This document shows positions 1 through 13,605 of a stretch of 64,000 nucleotides of DNA, in pieces; positions within the stretch are counted from its first letter, which is position 1; the number at the start of each line of letters is the position of its first letter. The stretch is from contig CM075987.1 of NCBI GenBank assembly GCA_038087875.1, positions 17,610,001 to 17,674,000 of the forward strand, given 5' to 3'. Source of the DNA: Malacoraja senta (lineage: Eukaryota). The position numbers and the translations under genes are program-made. The notes below the pieces were generated by a model, which did no database searches, was not told the DNA's origin, and saw nothing but the letters and a program-made list of their open reading frames with translations.

Positions 1-436
1 CCAGCCTCAACTACCTCCTCTGGCAGCTTGTTCCATACACCCACCACCCTTTATGTGAAAAAGTTACCACTCGGATTCCTTTTAAATCTTTTCCCCTTCA
101 CCTTGTACCTATGTCCTCTGGTCCTCGATTCCCCTACTCTGGGCAAGAGACTCTGTGCATCTACCCAATCTATTCCTCTCTTGATTTTATATACCTCTAT
201 AAGATCTCCCCTCATCCTCCTGCGCTCCATGGAATAGAGACCCAGCCTACTCAACCTCTCCCTATAGCTCACACCCTCTAGTCCTGCCAACATCCTCGTA
301 AATCTCTTCTGAACCCTTTCAAGCTCGACAATATATTTCCTATAACATGGTGCCCAGAACTGAACACAATATTCTAAATGCGGTCTCACCAACGTCTTAT
401 ACAACTGCAACATGACCTCACAACTTCTACACTCAG
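1..436 (-). mobile_element. CR1 LINE ORF2 C-terminal fragment
   Basis: [19 protein letters not shown]...RRMRGDLIEVYK...RTRGH motifs. Confidence 0.9.
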
Positions 437-1274
437 AAGGGTATAGCCTTATACTTTTTAAGACCAAAAGTGATAGGAGCAGAATTAGGCCATTCGGCCG
501 ATCAAGTCTACTCCGCCATTCAATCATGGCTGATCTATCTCTCCCTCCTAACCCCATTTTCCTGCCTTCTCCCCATAACCTCTGACACCCGCACTAATCA
601 AGAATCTGTCTCTGCCTTAAATATATCAACTAACTTGCCTCCACTGCCTTCTATGGCAAAGAATTCCACAGATTCACCACCCTCTGACCAAAGAAATTCC
701 TCCTCATCTCCTTCCTAAAAGAACCTTTCACTATTTGATGAGCTTGGATCACAGTGTGGAACTTCAGAGCACTGTGCACTCACTGTGCAGTCAAAGAGAA
801 CAGTAATAGGCCCTCATTGGGGGACCTCATTGAAACATACAGAATAATGAAAGGCTTGGATAGAGTGGATGTGGAGAGGATGTTTCCACTAGTGGGAGAG
901 TCCAGGACTAGAGGTCATAGTCTCAGAATTAAAGGACGTCTTTTAGGAAAGAGATGAGGAGGAATTTCTTCTATCAGAGGGTGGTGCATCTGTGGAATTA
1001 TTTGCACAGAAGGCTGTGGAGGCCAAGGCAGTGGATATATTTAAGGCAGAGATAGATAGATTCTTGATTAGTACAGGTGTCAGGGGTTATGGGGAGGAGA
1101 ATGGGGTTAGGAGAGATAGATCAGCCATGATTGAATCAGTTATGAGTTTATGAGCTTAGGGGCACAGTAACAGGCCCTTTGGCCTACACTACCTCGGCAA
1201 GGCCAGCAGCATAGTCAAGGAACAGTCTCACCCCTGGTCACTCTCTCTTCTCCCCTCTCCCCTCTCCCATCAGG

Positions 1275-2676
1275 CAAGTCAAGTCAAGTCAAGTCAAGTC
1301 ACATTTATTTATATAGCACATTTAAAAAACAACTCGTTGGCCAAAGTGCTTTACATTTGTTATAAGAATAATATAAACAAACAAACTACATACATATATA
1401 CATATAGCCCTCGCTCAGAGGATGTCAAGAAAGGCTTGGGAGTATAGATAAGTTTTTAGTCTTGACTTAAAGGAGTCGATGGAGGGGGCAGTTCTGATGG
1501 GAAAGGGGATGCTGTTCCACAGTCTAGGGGCTGCAACCGCAAAGGCGCGGTCGCCCCTGATCTTATGCCTAGACCGCGGGATATTCAGCAACCCCAAGTC
1601 GGCCGATCTGAGGGACCTGGAGGTGGAGTGGTGGGTGAGAAGACTTTTAATGTAGGTGGGGGCAAGCCCATTGAGGGCTTTGTAGACATGGAGGAGGATC
1701 TTGAAATGTATATGGAACCGCACAGGGAGCCAGTGCAGAGAGGCCAGGATCGGGGTGATGTGGTCCCTTTTTCGGGTGCCCGTCAGGAGTCTCGCTGCGG
1801 CGTTTTGGACCAGTTGCAGGCGGGACAGGGAAGATTGGCTGATGCCAGTGTAAAGGGAGTTGCAGTAATCTAGGCGGGAGGAGTTAAATGTGTGGATAAT
1901 CTTTTCGAGGTCATCAAAGTTGAGGAATTGTTTTATTTTAGCTATCGTCCGAAGCTGGAAGAAGCTAGCTTTTACCACGGCATTGACTTGTTTGTCAAAT
2001 TTCAGTGCTGAGTCAAATATCACGCCAAGGTTTTTGACGTGAGGTTGGAGTAGTGGGGTAAGGCTTCCAAGGCTGCCTGCTATCATTTTGATTGAGTCCG
2101 AGGGGCCGAGAAGGATGACCTCAGACTTACACTCGTTTAGTTGGAGGAAATTCTGGGCCATCCAACACTTTATATCCTCGAGGCAGCGGGTAAGGTTAAG
2201 CAGATTTGATTGGTTTTTGGGCTTCAGGGGGAGATAGAGTTGTGTATCGTCTGCGTAGCAATGGAAGGAAATGCCGTGCCGTTCAATGACGGCCTAAGGG
2301 GATCATATACAGGGAGAAGAGAATGGGGCCAAGGATGGAACCTTGTGGAACCCCGCACCACCTCAGGGCAGTGCCATCAATACCAACCCCGTACCGGAGA
2401 CGGTCAATTAGGATGGTGTGGTCGACAGTATCAAATGCTGCGCTGAGGTCAAGAAGGAGCAGGATTGCACAGTCGCCGGAGTCAACGGTGAGCAGTAGGT
2501 CATTATGTACCTTCATCAAGGCAGACTCTGTGCTGTGGTGAGCCCTGAAACCTGATTGGAAAGTTTCCAAGATAGTGTTTTGGTGAAGGTAAGGCATAAG
2601 TTGACTTAAATTACCTTTTCAAGGGCTTTTGAGAGGAAAGGCAGTTTAGAAATGGGTCTGTAGTTGCTTGGTACGG
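1275..2676 (-). mobile_element. L2-clade LINE, 5'-truncated and degenerate, with (TTGAC)n tail, nested in a Rex/Babar fragment
   Basis: [58 protein letters not shown]; caagt repeats at 1275-1300. Confidence 0.9.
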
Positions 2677-3713
2677 AAGTGTGAAAATGCACACCTCCAG
2701 ATTTGGGGGCAGTTTCTTCAAACGCTGTTATCAGGCAACTGAACCATCCTATCAACAACTAGAGAGTGGTCTGGACCTCCCATCCACTTCATTGGAGACC
2801 CTCGGAATATCTTTAATCAGACTTTATTGGACATTATCATGCACTAAACGTTATTTCCTTTATCCTGTATCTGTACACTGTGGATGGCTTTATTATAATC
2901 TGATATAATCTTTCCACTGACTGGATAAATCTTTTCACTGTACCTCGCTGCACTAGACAATAAACTAAACTAAAATAAGTAGCTTGTCCACGCTGACCAA
3001 CATGCTCCATCTACACTAGTCCCGCCTGCCTGCGTTGGGCCCATATTTCTCCAAACCTGTCCCATCCATGTACCTGTCAAGTGGTTTAAATGCTGATATC
3101 ATACCCACCTCACCTGCCACCCCTGGCAGCTCGTTCCATATATTCACCACTCTTTGTGTGAAAACGTTGCCCCTCAGGTTTCTATTTAATCTGTCCCTTT
3201 TCACCTTAAATTACAGACCTGTGAGTCTATGTGGTAAGCAAGTTACTGGAGGGTCTTCTGTGGTTTATGATATATATGCATTTAGATAGACAAGGACTGA
3301 TTAGGAATAGTCAGCATGGTTTTGTACATATAACCATATAACAATTACAGCACGGAAACAGGCCATCTCGGCCTTTCTAGTCCGTGCTGAACACTTACTC
3401 TCACCTAGTCCCATCTACCTGCACTCAGACCATAACCCTCCATTCCTTTCCCGTCCATATGCCTATCCAATTTATTTTTAAATTATAAAATCGAACCTGC
3501 CTCCACCACTTCCACTGGAAACTCATTCCACACATGGGAGGTCGTGTCTCATAAATCTTATTGAGTTTTTTAAGATATGACCAAAAAGGTCGATGAGGGC
3601 AGAGCTGCAGATGTTGTGTACATGGACTTCAGTAAGGCGTTCGACAAGGTTCCACATGGTAGGCTGCTCTGGAAGGTAAACCGCAAGGGTTCCAAGGAGA
3701 GATTTATTATATT

Positions 3714-4689
3714 AAGTAAGTAAGTAAGTAAGTTTATTGGCCAAGTATTCACATACAAGGAATTTGCCTTGGTGCTCCGCCCACAAGTAACAACATGTCA
3801 TACAGTGACAGTTACGAATGACTCAGAAAACACTAAACATTAATAATAATAAAACATTAATGATAAAACACCATTGATCAAGCATGTAAACCAACAAAAT
3901 ACCAGATCAAAGGGAGGCTACAGATTTTTGGCTGTTGAGTAGAGCAACTACTCGTGGATAAAAACTGTTTTTATGTCTGGCTGTGGCAGCTTTGACAATC
4001 CGGAGTCGCCTTCCAGAGGGAAGTGATTCAAAGAGTTTGTGGCCAGGGTGAGAGGGGTCAGAGATGATCTTGCCCGCTCGCTTCCTGGCCCTCGCAGTGC
4101 ACAGTTCATCAATGGAGGGAAGGTTGCAGCCAATAACCTTCTCTGCTGATCAGACGATTCGCTGCAGCCTCCAGGTGTCGTGCTTGGTGGCTGAGCCAAA
4201 CCAGACCATGATGGAGAAGGTGAGGACAGACTCTACGATGGCCGTATAGAATTGGACCATCATTGCCTGTGGAAGATTGAGCTTCCTCAGCTGCCGTAGG
4301 AAGTACATCCTCTGTTGTGCCATTTTTGACTGTGGAGTCGATGGTAGTCCCCCACTTAAGGTCCTTGGAGATGATGGTTCCCAGGAACTTAAAAGACTCC
4401 ACAGATGTGACTGTGGTGTTGTTGATGGTGAGTGGGGTGAGGGGAGGGGGAGCTCTCCTAAAGTCTACAATCAATTCCACTGTCTTAAGAGCATTGAGCT
4501 CTAGGTTGCTGCGACGGCACCAGGACGCCAGCTGTGACACTTCCTGTCTGTAGGCAGATCCCTCCCCATCCTGGATCAGTCCAATCAGGGTTGTGTCGTC
4601 TGCAAACTTGAGAAACTTGACAGAGGTGTCTGTGGATGTGCAGTCATTGGTGTAGAGAGAGTAGAGGAGAGGGGAGAGTATGCAGCCTT
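3714..4689 (-). mobile_element. Rex1/Babar-type LINE 3' fragment with (TTAC)n tail
   Basis: QGCILSPLLYSLYTNDC, KFADDTTLIGLI, LNALKTVELIVDFRR; 3' end recurs at about 14505-14822 (+) and 53071-53438 (-). Confidence 0.85.
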
Positions 4690-5275
4690 GCATATTGTAT
4701 ATTAATGATTTGGATTAGAGGATTGAAGGCTTTGTGGCCGAGTTTGTGGATGATACGAAAATAGGTGAAGGGGCAGGTAGTGTAGAGAAGGCAGGGACTC
4801 TGCAGAAGGACTTGATCAGGTTGGGAGAGTGGGCAGAGAAGTGGCAGATGGAATATAGTGAAGCAAAGTGTGGAGTTATGCATGTTGGTAGTAGGAATAA
4901 AGGCGTAGACTATTTTCTAAATGGGGAGAGAATCCAGAAATTGGAGGCACAAAGGGACTTGGGAATGCTGGTGCAGGATTCTCATAAAGTTAATCTGCAA
5001 GTCGAATCAGTAGTAAAGAAAGCAAACTCAATGCTAGCATTATTTCAAGAGGGCTTGTATACAAACACAGATGTAATGTTGAGGCTCTATAAGGCGCTGG
5101 TCAGGCCGCATTTGGAATATTGTGAGCAATTTTGGGCACCATATCTGAGGAAGGATGTGCTGGCTCTGGAGAGGGACCAGGGGAGGTTTGTCGGCACTCG
5201 CCTTAACTCGCTGGAGTTTAGAAGAATGAGGGGGGACCTCATTGAAATAGAGAATAGTGAAAGGCTTGGATAGAT
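4690..5275 (+). mobile_element. CR1 LINE RT fragment
   Basis: [32 protein letters not shown]. Confidence 0.88.
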
Positions 5276-5976
5276 ATGATTGAATGATGGAGTAGACTTG
5301 ATGGGCCGATTGGCCTAATTCTGCTCCTATCACATGAACTTCTGAAGGTACAGTGAAATTTCTTCTCTGTATACGTTACAGTAAAAAACATTACACATTA
5401 GCACAATTATAAGAGGTGTAAAATAGAAACAAGGAAATGCAGATACTGGTTTATCAAAGAATGACACCACGTGCTGGAGTAACTCTGCGGGTCAGGCAGC
5501 ATCTGTGGAGAACATGGATAGGTGACGTTTCACAGAGTGCTGGAGTAACTCAGCGGGTGGGTCAGGCAGCATCTGTGGAGAACATGGATAGGTGACGTTT
5601 CGGATTGGGACACGTTGTACAAGGTGGATTACACCGAGACAGTTGCCGTGTTTCTGGCGCCATCTTGCATCCTTCAAGTTTCAAACTGCTTAAAGTCTCA
5701 TCTCAGCCTGAAGGCCCGTTGTCCTTGCGACGGCACTGGGTTGGAGATGCTGGGGTCGGCCTGGCCATGTTGTCGATGTTCTCTATCGCACCCTCCCCAG
5801 TTACTGCCTCAATGTTGTGATGGTCTCTGCCCCCACCTCCCGCTCAGGCAGCGAGACCAGGATCCAGCCTCCGCACGCCCCCTCCCCCCCCATTCCCCAA
5901 CTGAGCCGAGCGGAGCTGAGGGCCCAGTGGGAGTGACCAGGGAGAGGGCAGCCACTGACCATCTGCTTTGTTACAG

Positions 5977-6053
5977 GGCACGTACCCAGAGCACGTCAGC
6001 ATCGTGGTGGAGGTCCCGGGGGAGCGGCTGATCCTGGACCTTCGTCGCAACAC
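5977..6053 (+). CDS. ADAM15: ADAM prodomain exon (human exon 3 equivalent), GTYPEHVSIVVEVPGERLILDLRRN(T)
   Basis: ttacag acceptor, ac|gtgagt donor, 77 nt, phase 0 to 2; prodomain L.L.L.RN motif. Confidence 0.9.
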
Positions 6054-6202
6054 GTGAGTGAACACGGCTGTGGAGGCGGGCGACATGTGTAAACATGGCT
6101 GTGGAGGCGGGTGGGGAACATGTGTGTAAACACGGCTGTTCAGGGGTGGGGAACACGTGTGTGTAAACACGGCTGCGGAGGAGGCCAGCAACACGTGTGT
6201 GC
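6046..6202. repeat. Short minisatellite (about 4 units of 30-39 bp, core aacacggctg) overlapping the exon donor
   Basis: Repeated acryg(tg)n-aacayggctg...g units. Confidence 0.75.
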
Positions 6203-6629
6203 GGCTCCTGCCCACATCACAGACACACACCGCACGGACACAGGCCCTTCGGCCCCACTCGGCCATGCCGACCAACATGCCCCATCTACACTAACGGCGT
6301 TTGGCCCATATCTCTCTCAACCTGTCCGATCCATGTACCTGTACAAATGTACTTTAAATGTCTCGACCCGGAACGTCACCCATTCCTTCTCTCCAGAGAT
6401 GCTGCCTGTCCCGCTGAGTTACTCCAGCTTTTTGTGTCTATCTTTGGTATTTTAAATGTTATTACATTTCCTGCCTCAACTACCTCCTCTGGCAGCTTGT
6501 TACATTCACCACCCTCTGTGTGGAAAAAGTTGCCCCTCACATTCCTATTGAATCTCTCCCCTCCCTACCTTGTCAAAAGACAATAGGTGCAGGAGCAGGC
6601 CATTCGGCCCTTCGAGCCAGCACCGCCAT

Positions 6630-7031
6630 TCCTCTGGGGTTTTCATTCAGGTCGGGTTGGGGGGAGTCCCCCCCCCCCCGCCCCGCCACGGGTACCATGT
6701 AATCCCGTGCTACCTGCTCCATGGTCAGATAGTCGCCGACTAAACCGTCTCCCCCACCTGGTTTGCCAGGTGAGGAGGGGGCTGTGGACCCCCAGCAGGA
6801 CCAAAAAGCGAGCCAACGGCCATCCACGCTTCAGTAGAAGTTGCGATCAGTCTCGTACACAGCATTGTAAGGTACGATGATAAAGCACACACATAACAAA
6901 ATCCTATACTTCCAGTGGCGGAAGTCCGCAGGAACTGGAGGACGGAGATGTGTGGTGCGTCCGTCACCGTTCCCATCGGAAACCAGCACCACTGCGTCGC
7001 TAATGTTTTCAACGATGAGGAATGAATGAAT
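6630..7031 (+). mobile_element. Unclassified non-coding retroposon with (ATGA)n tail; second copy at 43303-43608 (-)
   Basis: Two near-identical copies in opposite orientation ending in ...aacgatga..(aatg)n. Confidence 0.7.
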
Positions 7032-8003
7032 ACTCTGGGTAGAAGACTCTGTGCATTCCCACCCTTCCCAACTGTGGAATTGCCTGGAACTTTTCGTTCC
7101 CGGTTCCCTGTCCTGCGTCCATGCTTCTGTAATGAACATTCCGTCACATCTTGTCACAGTCAGTGCTTCGACTTGTTGTAAGGGCTGCTAAATGTTTAAT
7201 TACAGCACCATTAACTTTAAACCTGTGTCTCTCCATGACCCTATTTTCAGTAAGATTCTCTGAGCATTCGCCCTATCCACCTCCTCCGGCAGCTCGTTCC
7301 ATACTCCCACCACCCGCTGTCTGAAAAAGTTGCCCCTCAGGTTCCTGTTCAATCTTTCCCCTCTCACCTTCAACCAAAGTCCTCTGGTCCTCGATTCCCC
7401 TACTCTGGGTAAAGAGACTCTGTGCATCTACCCGATCTATTCCCCTCATGATCTTATACACCTCTATAACACCCCTGTTTTTAGTGCTTTTAATGTCTTT
7501 TAATTTTTAGTGTGTTTTTTATAGTCCTTCGTTTTACGGTTTTTAATGGTTTTTAATTGTTTGTAATAGCTTTTTGTTCATGATTTCTCATGTACAGCAC
7601 TTTGTGGCAACTGTGGTTGTTTAAAGTGCTTTATAAATAAAGTTATTATTATTATTATTATAAGATCACCCCTCATCCTCCTGCGCTCCAAGGAATAGAG
7701 ACCCAGCCTGCTCAACCTCTACCTGTAGCTCAGACCCTCGAGTTCTGGCAACAGCAGCGTAAATCTTCTCTGCACTCTTTCTAGCTTAATGTCATCTTTC
7801 CGTCAGCAGGCTGACCATAACTGAGCTCAGTACTCTACACGTGGACCTAGTAATTATTCTCTGCAACCGGAACACTATTGTGGTGCCTTCCTAAGCCCAC
7901 GTTGGTTTTGCATGCAGCCGGTTACCGCTGGCAACTCGCCAGCCACTTTACGGGAAGGTCCAGCCACAAGAGCTCAATAACAACTCCACGGTCAGATGCA
8001 CTA

Positions 8004-8620
8004 TAGACAATGGACAATAGGTGCAGGAGTAGGCCATTCGGCCCTTCGAGTCAGCACCGCCATTCAATGTGATCATGGCTGATCATCCCCAATCAGTACC
8101 GCGTTCCTGCCTTCTCCTCATATCCCCTGACTCTGCTATCTTTAAGAGCCCTATCTAGCTCTCTCTTGAAAGTATCCAGAGAACTGGCCTCCACCGTCCT
8201 CTGAGGCAGAAAATTCCACAGGTTCACAACTCTATGTGAAAAAGCTTTTCCCCATCTCCGTTCTAAATGGCTTACCCCTTATTCTTAAACTGTGGCCCCT
8301 GGTTCTGGACTCCCCCAACATCGGGAACATGTTTCCTGCCTCTAGCGTGTCCAAACTCTTAATAATCTTATATGTTTCAATAAGACCAAAACTGCACACA
8401 ATACTCCAGGTGTGGTCTCACTAGGGCTCTGTACAACTGCAGAAGGACCTCTTTGCTCCTATGTTCGATTCCTCTTGTTATGAAGGCCAACATGCCATTG
8501 GCTTTCTTCACTGCCTGCTGTACCTGCATGCTTACTTTCATTGACTGATGAACAAGGACCCCCCAGATCCAGTTGTACTTCCCCTTTTCCCCAACTTGAC
8601 ACCATTTAGATAATAATCTA
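8004..8620 (-). mobile_element. CR1 LINE 3' fragment with (CTATTGT)-type tail, internally deleted
   Basis: QQAVKKANGMLAFITRGIE; 3' UTR gaatggcggtgct...gggccgaatggcctactcctgcacc. Confidence 0.85.
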
Positions 8621-9164
8621 ATTGGCCTTATCTGCACACGGGTTATGGTTGGTGAGGATGTAGGTAAAAGCAGCTTCCGGAATAAACAGCTGGTGTCTGT
8701 CTCAGCTACGTGTCGTTTGTTCTTTGCTTTCTGTCTTGGGATTGAGTAGATCCTACACTATTATAACGTTGTGTACCAACACTATGTTTCACTGTGGTGT
8801 TTGTCTCTCTGCACAACCTGTTGGACGTGTGTGTGTGTGTGGCGTGACTGTACTTGTCTCCGCCACAATTTGCCTCCCAACTCTGCCTGTGATTAATTAG
8901 CATCCTCAAACTCCTCTCCTGTCACAGTGATTGGCAGTGATCCCGTCCCCGACAATTCTCTGCATGAAAATACACTCCCAGAGCTGACATCGTAACTTTG
9001 CCAATAATGTAACTCCTTCAAACACGAGCGATTCCCTGCAGGCATCCATTCAGCTCAGTTTCGTTTATTTTGCCCTTGTTCAGTGAAAAGCTTTTGCTGC
9101 GTGCTAACCTTTCAGCAGAAAGACAATGCATGATTACAATCAACTCATTTACAGTGTATAGATA

Positions 9165-9630
9165 CATAATAATAATAATAATAGATTTTATTTATATAGT
9201 GCTTTTCAGGACTCAAAGTCGCTTTACAATTGAGAGTCAGGAATAAACAAAACAAAAGAGAGCAGTAAGACAGAGGGGAGGGGAACATGGGACTAAGGGT
9301 ATGCAGAGGTGAAGAGATGGGTCTTGAGGCGGGACTGGAAGATGGTGAGGGACTCAGAATTTCAGACCGGTTGTGGGAGGGAATTCCAGAGCCTGGGAGC
9401 TGCCCTGGAGAAGGCTCTGCCTCCAAAAGTGCAGAGGTTTGATTTCGGAGTGGAGAGGAGACCAGCTGATGTGGATCTGAGGGACCGTGAGGGTTGGTAG
9501 GGGGAGAGGAGGTCAATGAGATAAGGGGGGGGGCAGGTTGTTGAGGGCTTTGGAGGTGAGGACCAGGATTTTGTAGGTGATCCGGTGGGAAATGGGAAAC
9601 CAGTGAAGTTCTTTGAGAACTGGGGTGATG
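9165..9630 (-). mobile_element. L2 LINE 3' fragment with (TAT)n tail
   Basis: ITPVLKELHWFPI..RITYKILVLT; aat repeats at 9165-9183. Confidence 0.8.
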
Positions 9631-10437
9631 TAGTAGATACATGATAAGGGAATAACGTTTAGTGCAAGGTAAAGCCAGTAAAGTCCGATCAAAGATGGTC
9701 CCAGGGTCTTCAACGAGGTAGACAATAGACAATAGGTGCAGGAGTAGGCCATTCGGCCCTTCGAGCCAGCACCGCCATTCAATGTGATCATGGTTGATCA
9801 TCCCCAATCAGTACCCCGTTCCTGCCTTCTCCCCATATCCCCTGACTCCGCTATTTTTAAGAGCCCTATCTAGCTCTCCCTTGAAAGTATCCAGAGAATC
9901 AGCCTCCACCGCCCTCTGAGGCAGAGAATTCCACAGACTCGCAACTCTCTGTGTGAAAAGGAGGTATTTAGTAGTTCAGCACTGCTCTCAAGTTGTGGTA
10001 GTATGATTCAGTTGCCTGATAACAGCTGCTGGCCTTGCCGAGGCAGCGTGAGGTGTAAATGGAGTCAATGGAAGGGAGGTTGGTTTGTGTGATGGTCTGG
10101 CCTGCTGGCCTTGCCGAGGCAGCGTGAGGTATAAATGGAGTCAATGGAAGGGAGGTTGGTTTGTGTGATGGTCTGGGCTGCTGGCCTTGCCGAGGGAGCA
10201 TGAGGTGTAGATGGGGTCAATGGAAGGGAGGTTGGTTTGTGATGGTCTGGGCTGCGTCCACAATTTCTTGCAGCCTTGGATGGAGCTGTTCCCAAACCAA
10301 GCTGTGATGCATCCCGATAAAATGCTTTCTACGGCGCATCTGTAGAAGTTGGTGAGAGTTGTAGGGGACATGCTGAACTTCCTAAGCCTTCTAAGGAAGC
10401 AGAGGCGTAGGTGTTCACCCCTCACAGCACCATGAAC

Positions 10438-10848
10438 ACTTAACACCTTAACGGGCTTGCCCCCACCTATATCAAAAGTCTGCTTACCCACCTCCAGGTC
10501 CCTCAGATCGGCCGACTTGGGGTTACTGAATATCCCGCGGTCTAGGCATAAGCTCAGGGGCAACTGCGCCTTTGCGGTTGCAGCTCCTAGACTGTGGAGC
10601 AGCATCCCTCCCCATCAGAACTGCCCCCTCCATCGACTACTTTAAGTCGAGGCTTAAAACTCATCTTTACTCCCAAGCCTTTCTTGACGTCCTCTGAGGG
10701 AGGGCTATATGTATGTATTTATGTATGTAATTAATCTATGAACCACTGTTGTATAACGTTAGTACCTCCACCAATGTAAAGCTCTTTGGTCAACGAGAGT
10801 TGTTTTTTTAAATGTGCTATAGAATTAAAAGTGACTTGACTTGACTTA
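10438..10848 (+). mobile_element. L2 LINE 3' end (same family as 1275-2676 and 31976-32502)
   Basis: SRSLRSADLGLLNIPRSRHK; (TTGAC)n tail. Confidence 0.85.
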
Positions 10849-10954
10849 ACATCTCACCTCTGAACCGGCTCCGTCCCTGGTAGAACAATCCCATTCTTTA
10901 CAACCTTTCCTGTGTGATTTCCAGTAGCTCCCTGGCCAATCTCCTCATAGCCTT

Positions 10955-11308
10955 AGTTTAGTTTAGAGATACAGTGTAGAAACAGGCCCTTCGGCCCACC
11001 GAGCCCTTGGTGGGCTGGTGTAGGCTCAGTGTAGAAATGGGCCCAGTGTAGAAACAGGCCCAGCGACCCCCGCACACTAACATTATCCTCCATGCACTAG
11101 GGACAATTTACAAGTTTACCGAGCCAATTAACCTACAAACCTGCACGTCTTTGGAGTGTGGGAGGAAACCGGAGTACCCGGAGAAAACCCGCGCAGGTAA
11201 CAGGGAGAACGTACAAACTCCGTACAGGCAGCACCCGTAGTCAGGATGGAACCTGGGTCCCTAGCGATGTGAGGCAGCAACTCTACCGCTGTGCCACCGT
11301 GCTGCCCT
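10955..11308 (-). mobile_element. tRNA-derived HE1/V-SINE-type SINE
   Basis: Reverse complement begins gggcagcacggtggcacagcggtagagttgctgcctcac (box A), B-box-like gggttccatcc, central ctcccacactccaaagac domain, CR1-like tail. Confidence 0.8.
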
Positions 11309-11629
11309 TGACATCAAACATAGAATTGTACAGCACAGGAACAGGCCCTTCAGCCCACAATGTCTGTGCTGAACATGATGCCAGCCACCCACCTCTCTCT
11401 GTAAAATAAAACTTTCCCTGTACATCTCCTTTAAATGTTGCCCCTTTCACCATAAAGGTTTGCCCTCTAGTATTTGAATTTTCCACCCTATGATAAACAT
11501 TCTGACTGTCTATCCTTTCTATGACAGGGTAGACAATCTACCCAATCCATCGCAACGTGTTAAACACATTTAGACAGGTACTTGAATACAGTAGGCTTAG
11601 AGGGATGTGGGCCAAACGCGGGCAGGTGG

Positions 11630-12136
11630 GACTAGTCCAGATGGGGCATGTTCGTCAGTGTGGGCAAGTTGGGCCGAAGTGCCTGTTTCCAGGTGTATCA
11701 CTCCATGACTAGTGTAGATGGGGTATTGTTGGCCGGTGTGGGCAAGTTGGGCTGAAGGGCCTGTTTCCACGCTGTATCACTCTATGACTAGTGTAGATGG
11801 GACATTGTTGGCCGGTGTGGGCAAGTTGGGCTGAAGGGCCTGTTTCCACGCTGTATCACTCTATGACTAGTGTAGATGGGACATTGTTGGCCGGTGTGGG
11901 CAAGTTGGGCTGAAGGGCCTGTTTCCACGCTGTATCACTCTATGACTAGTGTAGATGGGGCATGTTGGTTGGTGTGGGCAAGTTGGGCTGAAGGGCCTGT
12001 TTCCACGCTGTATCACTCTATGACTAGTGTAGATGGGACATTGTTGGCCGGTGTGGGCAAGTTGGGCTGAAGGGCCTGTTTCCACGCTGTATCACTCTAT
12101 GACTAGTGTAGATGGGGCATGTTGGTCGGTGTGGGC
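11630..12136 (+). repeat. Tandem array of 77-79 bp CR1 3'-tail units (6 full plus 1 partial)
   Basis: gactag recurs at 11630, 11707, 11786, 11865, 11944, 12022 and 12101. Confidence 0.93.
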
Positions 12137-12546
12137 CCTCTGCACATCAATGCTATGAAGGGTCTTGCCATTAACTGTGTCCTCTCTCAGTACATTCAAC
12201 CTCCCAAAGTGTGACACTTCACACTCACACAGATTCAGGGACAGTTTCTTCCCAGCTGTTATCAGGCAACTGAACCATCCTGCCACAACCAGAGAGCAGT
12301 CCTGAACTATTATCTACCTCTTTGGTGACCCTCGGACTATCCTTGATCGGACTTTGCTTAATCTTGTACTAAACTTTATTCCCATATCATGTAACCATAC
12401 ACTGTAAATGGATCGATTGTAATCATGTATTGTCGTCTTTCTGCTGACGCAACAAAAGCTTTTCACTGTACCTCGGTACACGTGACAATAAACTAATCAG
12501 AAGTTGCCGGGATTGAATTCCACTGCCATTTCTCGTAGGAGCTGGA

Positions 12547-13605
12547 ACATAGAAACATAGAAAATAGGTGCAGGAAGAGGCCATTCGGCCCTTCGAGCCA
12601 GCACCGCCATTCATTGTGATCATGGCTGATCGTCCCCTATCAATAACCCGTGCCTGCCTTCTCCCCTTATCCCTTGACTCCACTAGCCCCTAGAGCTCTA
12701 TCTAATTCTCTCTTAAAACCATCCAGTGACTTGGCCTCCACTGCCCACTGTGGCAGGGAATTCCATAAATTCACAACTCTCTGGTGGAAAAAGTTTTTTC
12801 TCACCTCAGTCTTAAATGACCTCCCCTTTATTCTAAGACTGTGGCCCCTGGTTCTGGACTCGCCCAACATTGGGAACATTTTTCCTGCATCTAGCTTGTC
12901 CAGTCCTTTTATAATTTTATATGTTTCTATAAGATACCCCCTCATCCTTCTAAACTCCAGTGAATACAAGCCTAGTCTTTTCAATCTTTCCTCATATGAC
13001 AGCCCCGCCATCCCAGGGATCAATCTTGTGAACCTACGCTGCACTGCCTCAATCACAAGGATGTCCTTCCTCAAATTAGGAGACCAAAACTGCACACAAT
13101 ACTGCAGATGTGGTCTCACCAGAGCCCTATACAACTGCAGAAGAACCTCTTTACTCCTATACTGAAATCCTCTTGTTATGAAGGCCAACATTCCATTTGC
13201 TTTCATGACTTCCTGCTGTACCTGTAAGCCAACTTTCAGTGACCTGTGTACAAGGATGCCCAGGTCTCGCTGCACCTCCCCCTTACCTAACCTAACCCCA
13301 TTGAGATAATAATCGGCCCCCTTGTTTTTGCCGCCAGTGGATAACCTCACATTTATCTATATTATACTGCATCTGCCACGCATCTGTCCACACTCAACCT
13401 GTCCAGGTCACCCTGCAACCTCCTAACATCCTCTTCACAGTTCACACTGCCACCCAGCTTTGTGTCATCTGCAAATTTGCTAGTGTTGCTCCTAATTCCC
13501 TCTTCCAAATCATTTGTTGCTCCTAATTCCCTCTTCCAGGGATCAATCTCGTGAACCTACGCTGCACTGCCTCAATCACAAGGATGTCCTTCCTCAAATT
13601 AGGAC
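12547..13605 (-). mobile_element. Young CR1 LINE 3' fragment with (TTTCTATG)n tail
   Basis: ORF 12667-13350 nearly identical to the C-terminus of ORF 58468-59988. Confidence 0.92.

Noticed and set aside
5848..5936. Possible exon 2 after ctcccgctcag
   Set aside because: The expected phase-1 frame stops at tga with no good donor, any intron to 5977 would be about 45 nt, and there is no ADAM similarity
11630..12136. CRISPR-like appearance of this array and those at 27333 and 50726
   Set aside because: Head-to-tail units with no unique spacers, no cas genes, eukaryotic context; the units derive from retroposon tails
12650..13165. Recurring MPAFSPYPLTPLAPRAL ORFs (also 44224, 46524, 58478) as a gene family
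   Set aside because: Antisense shadow frames of CR1 ORF2
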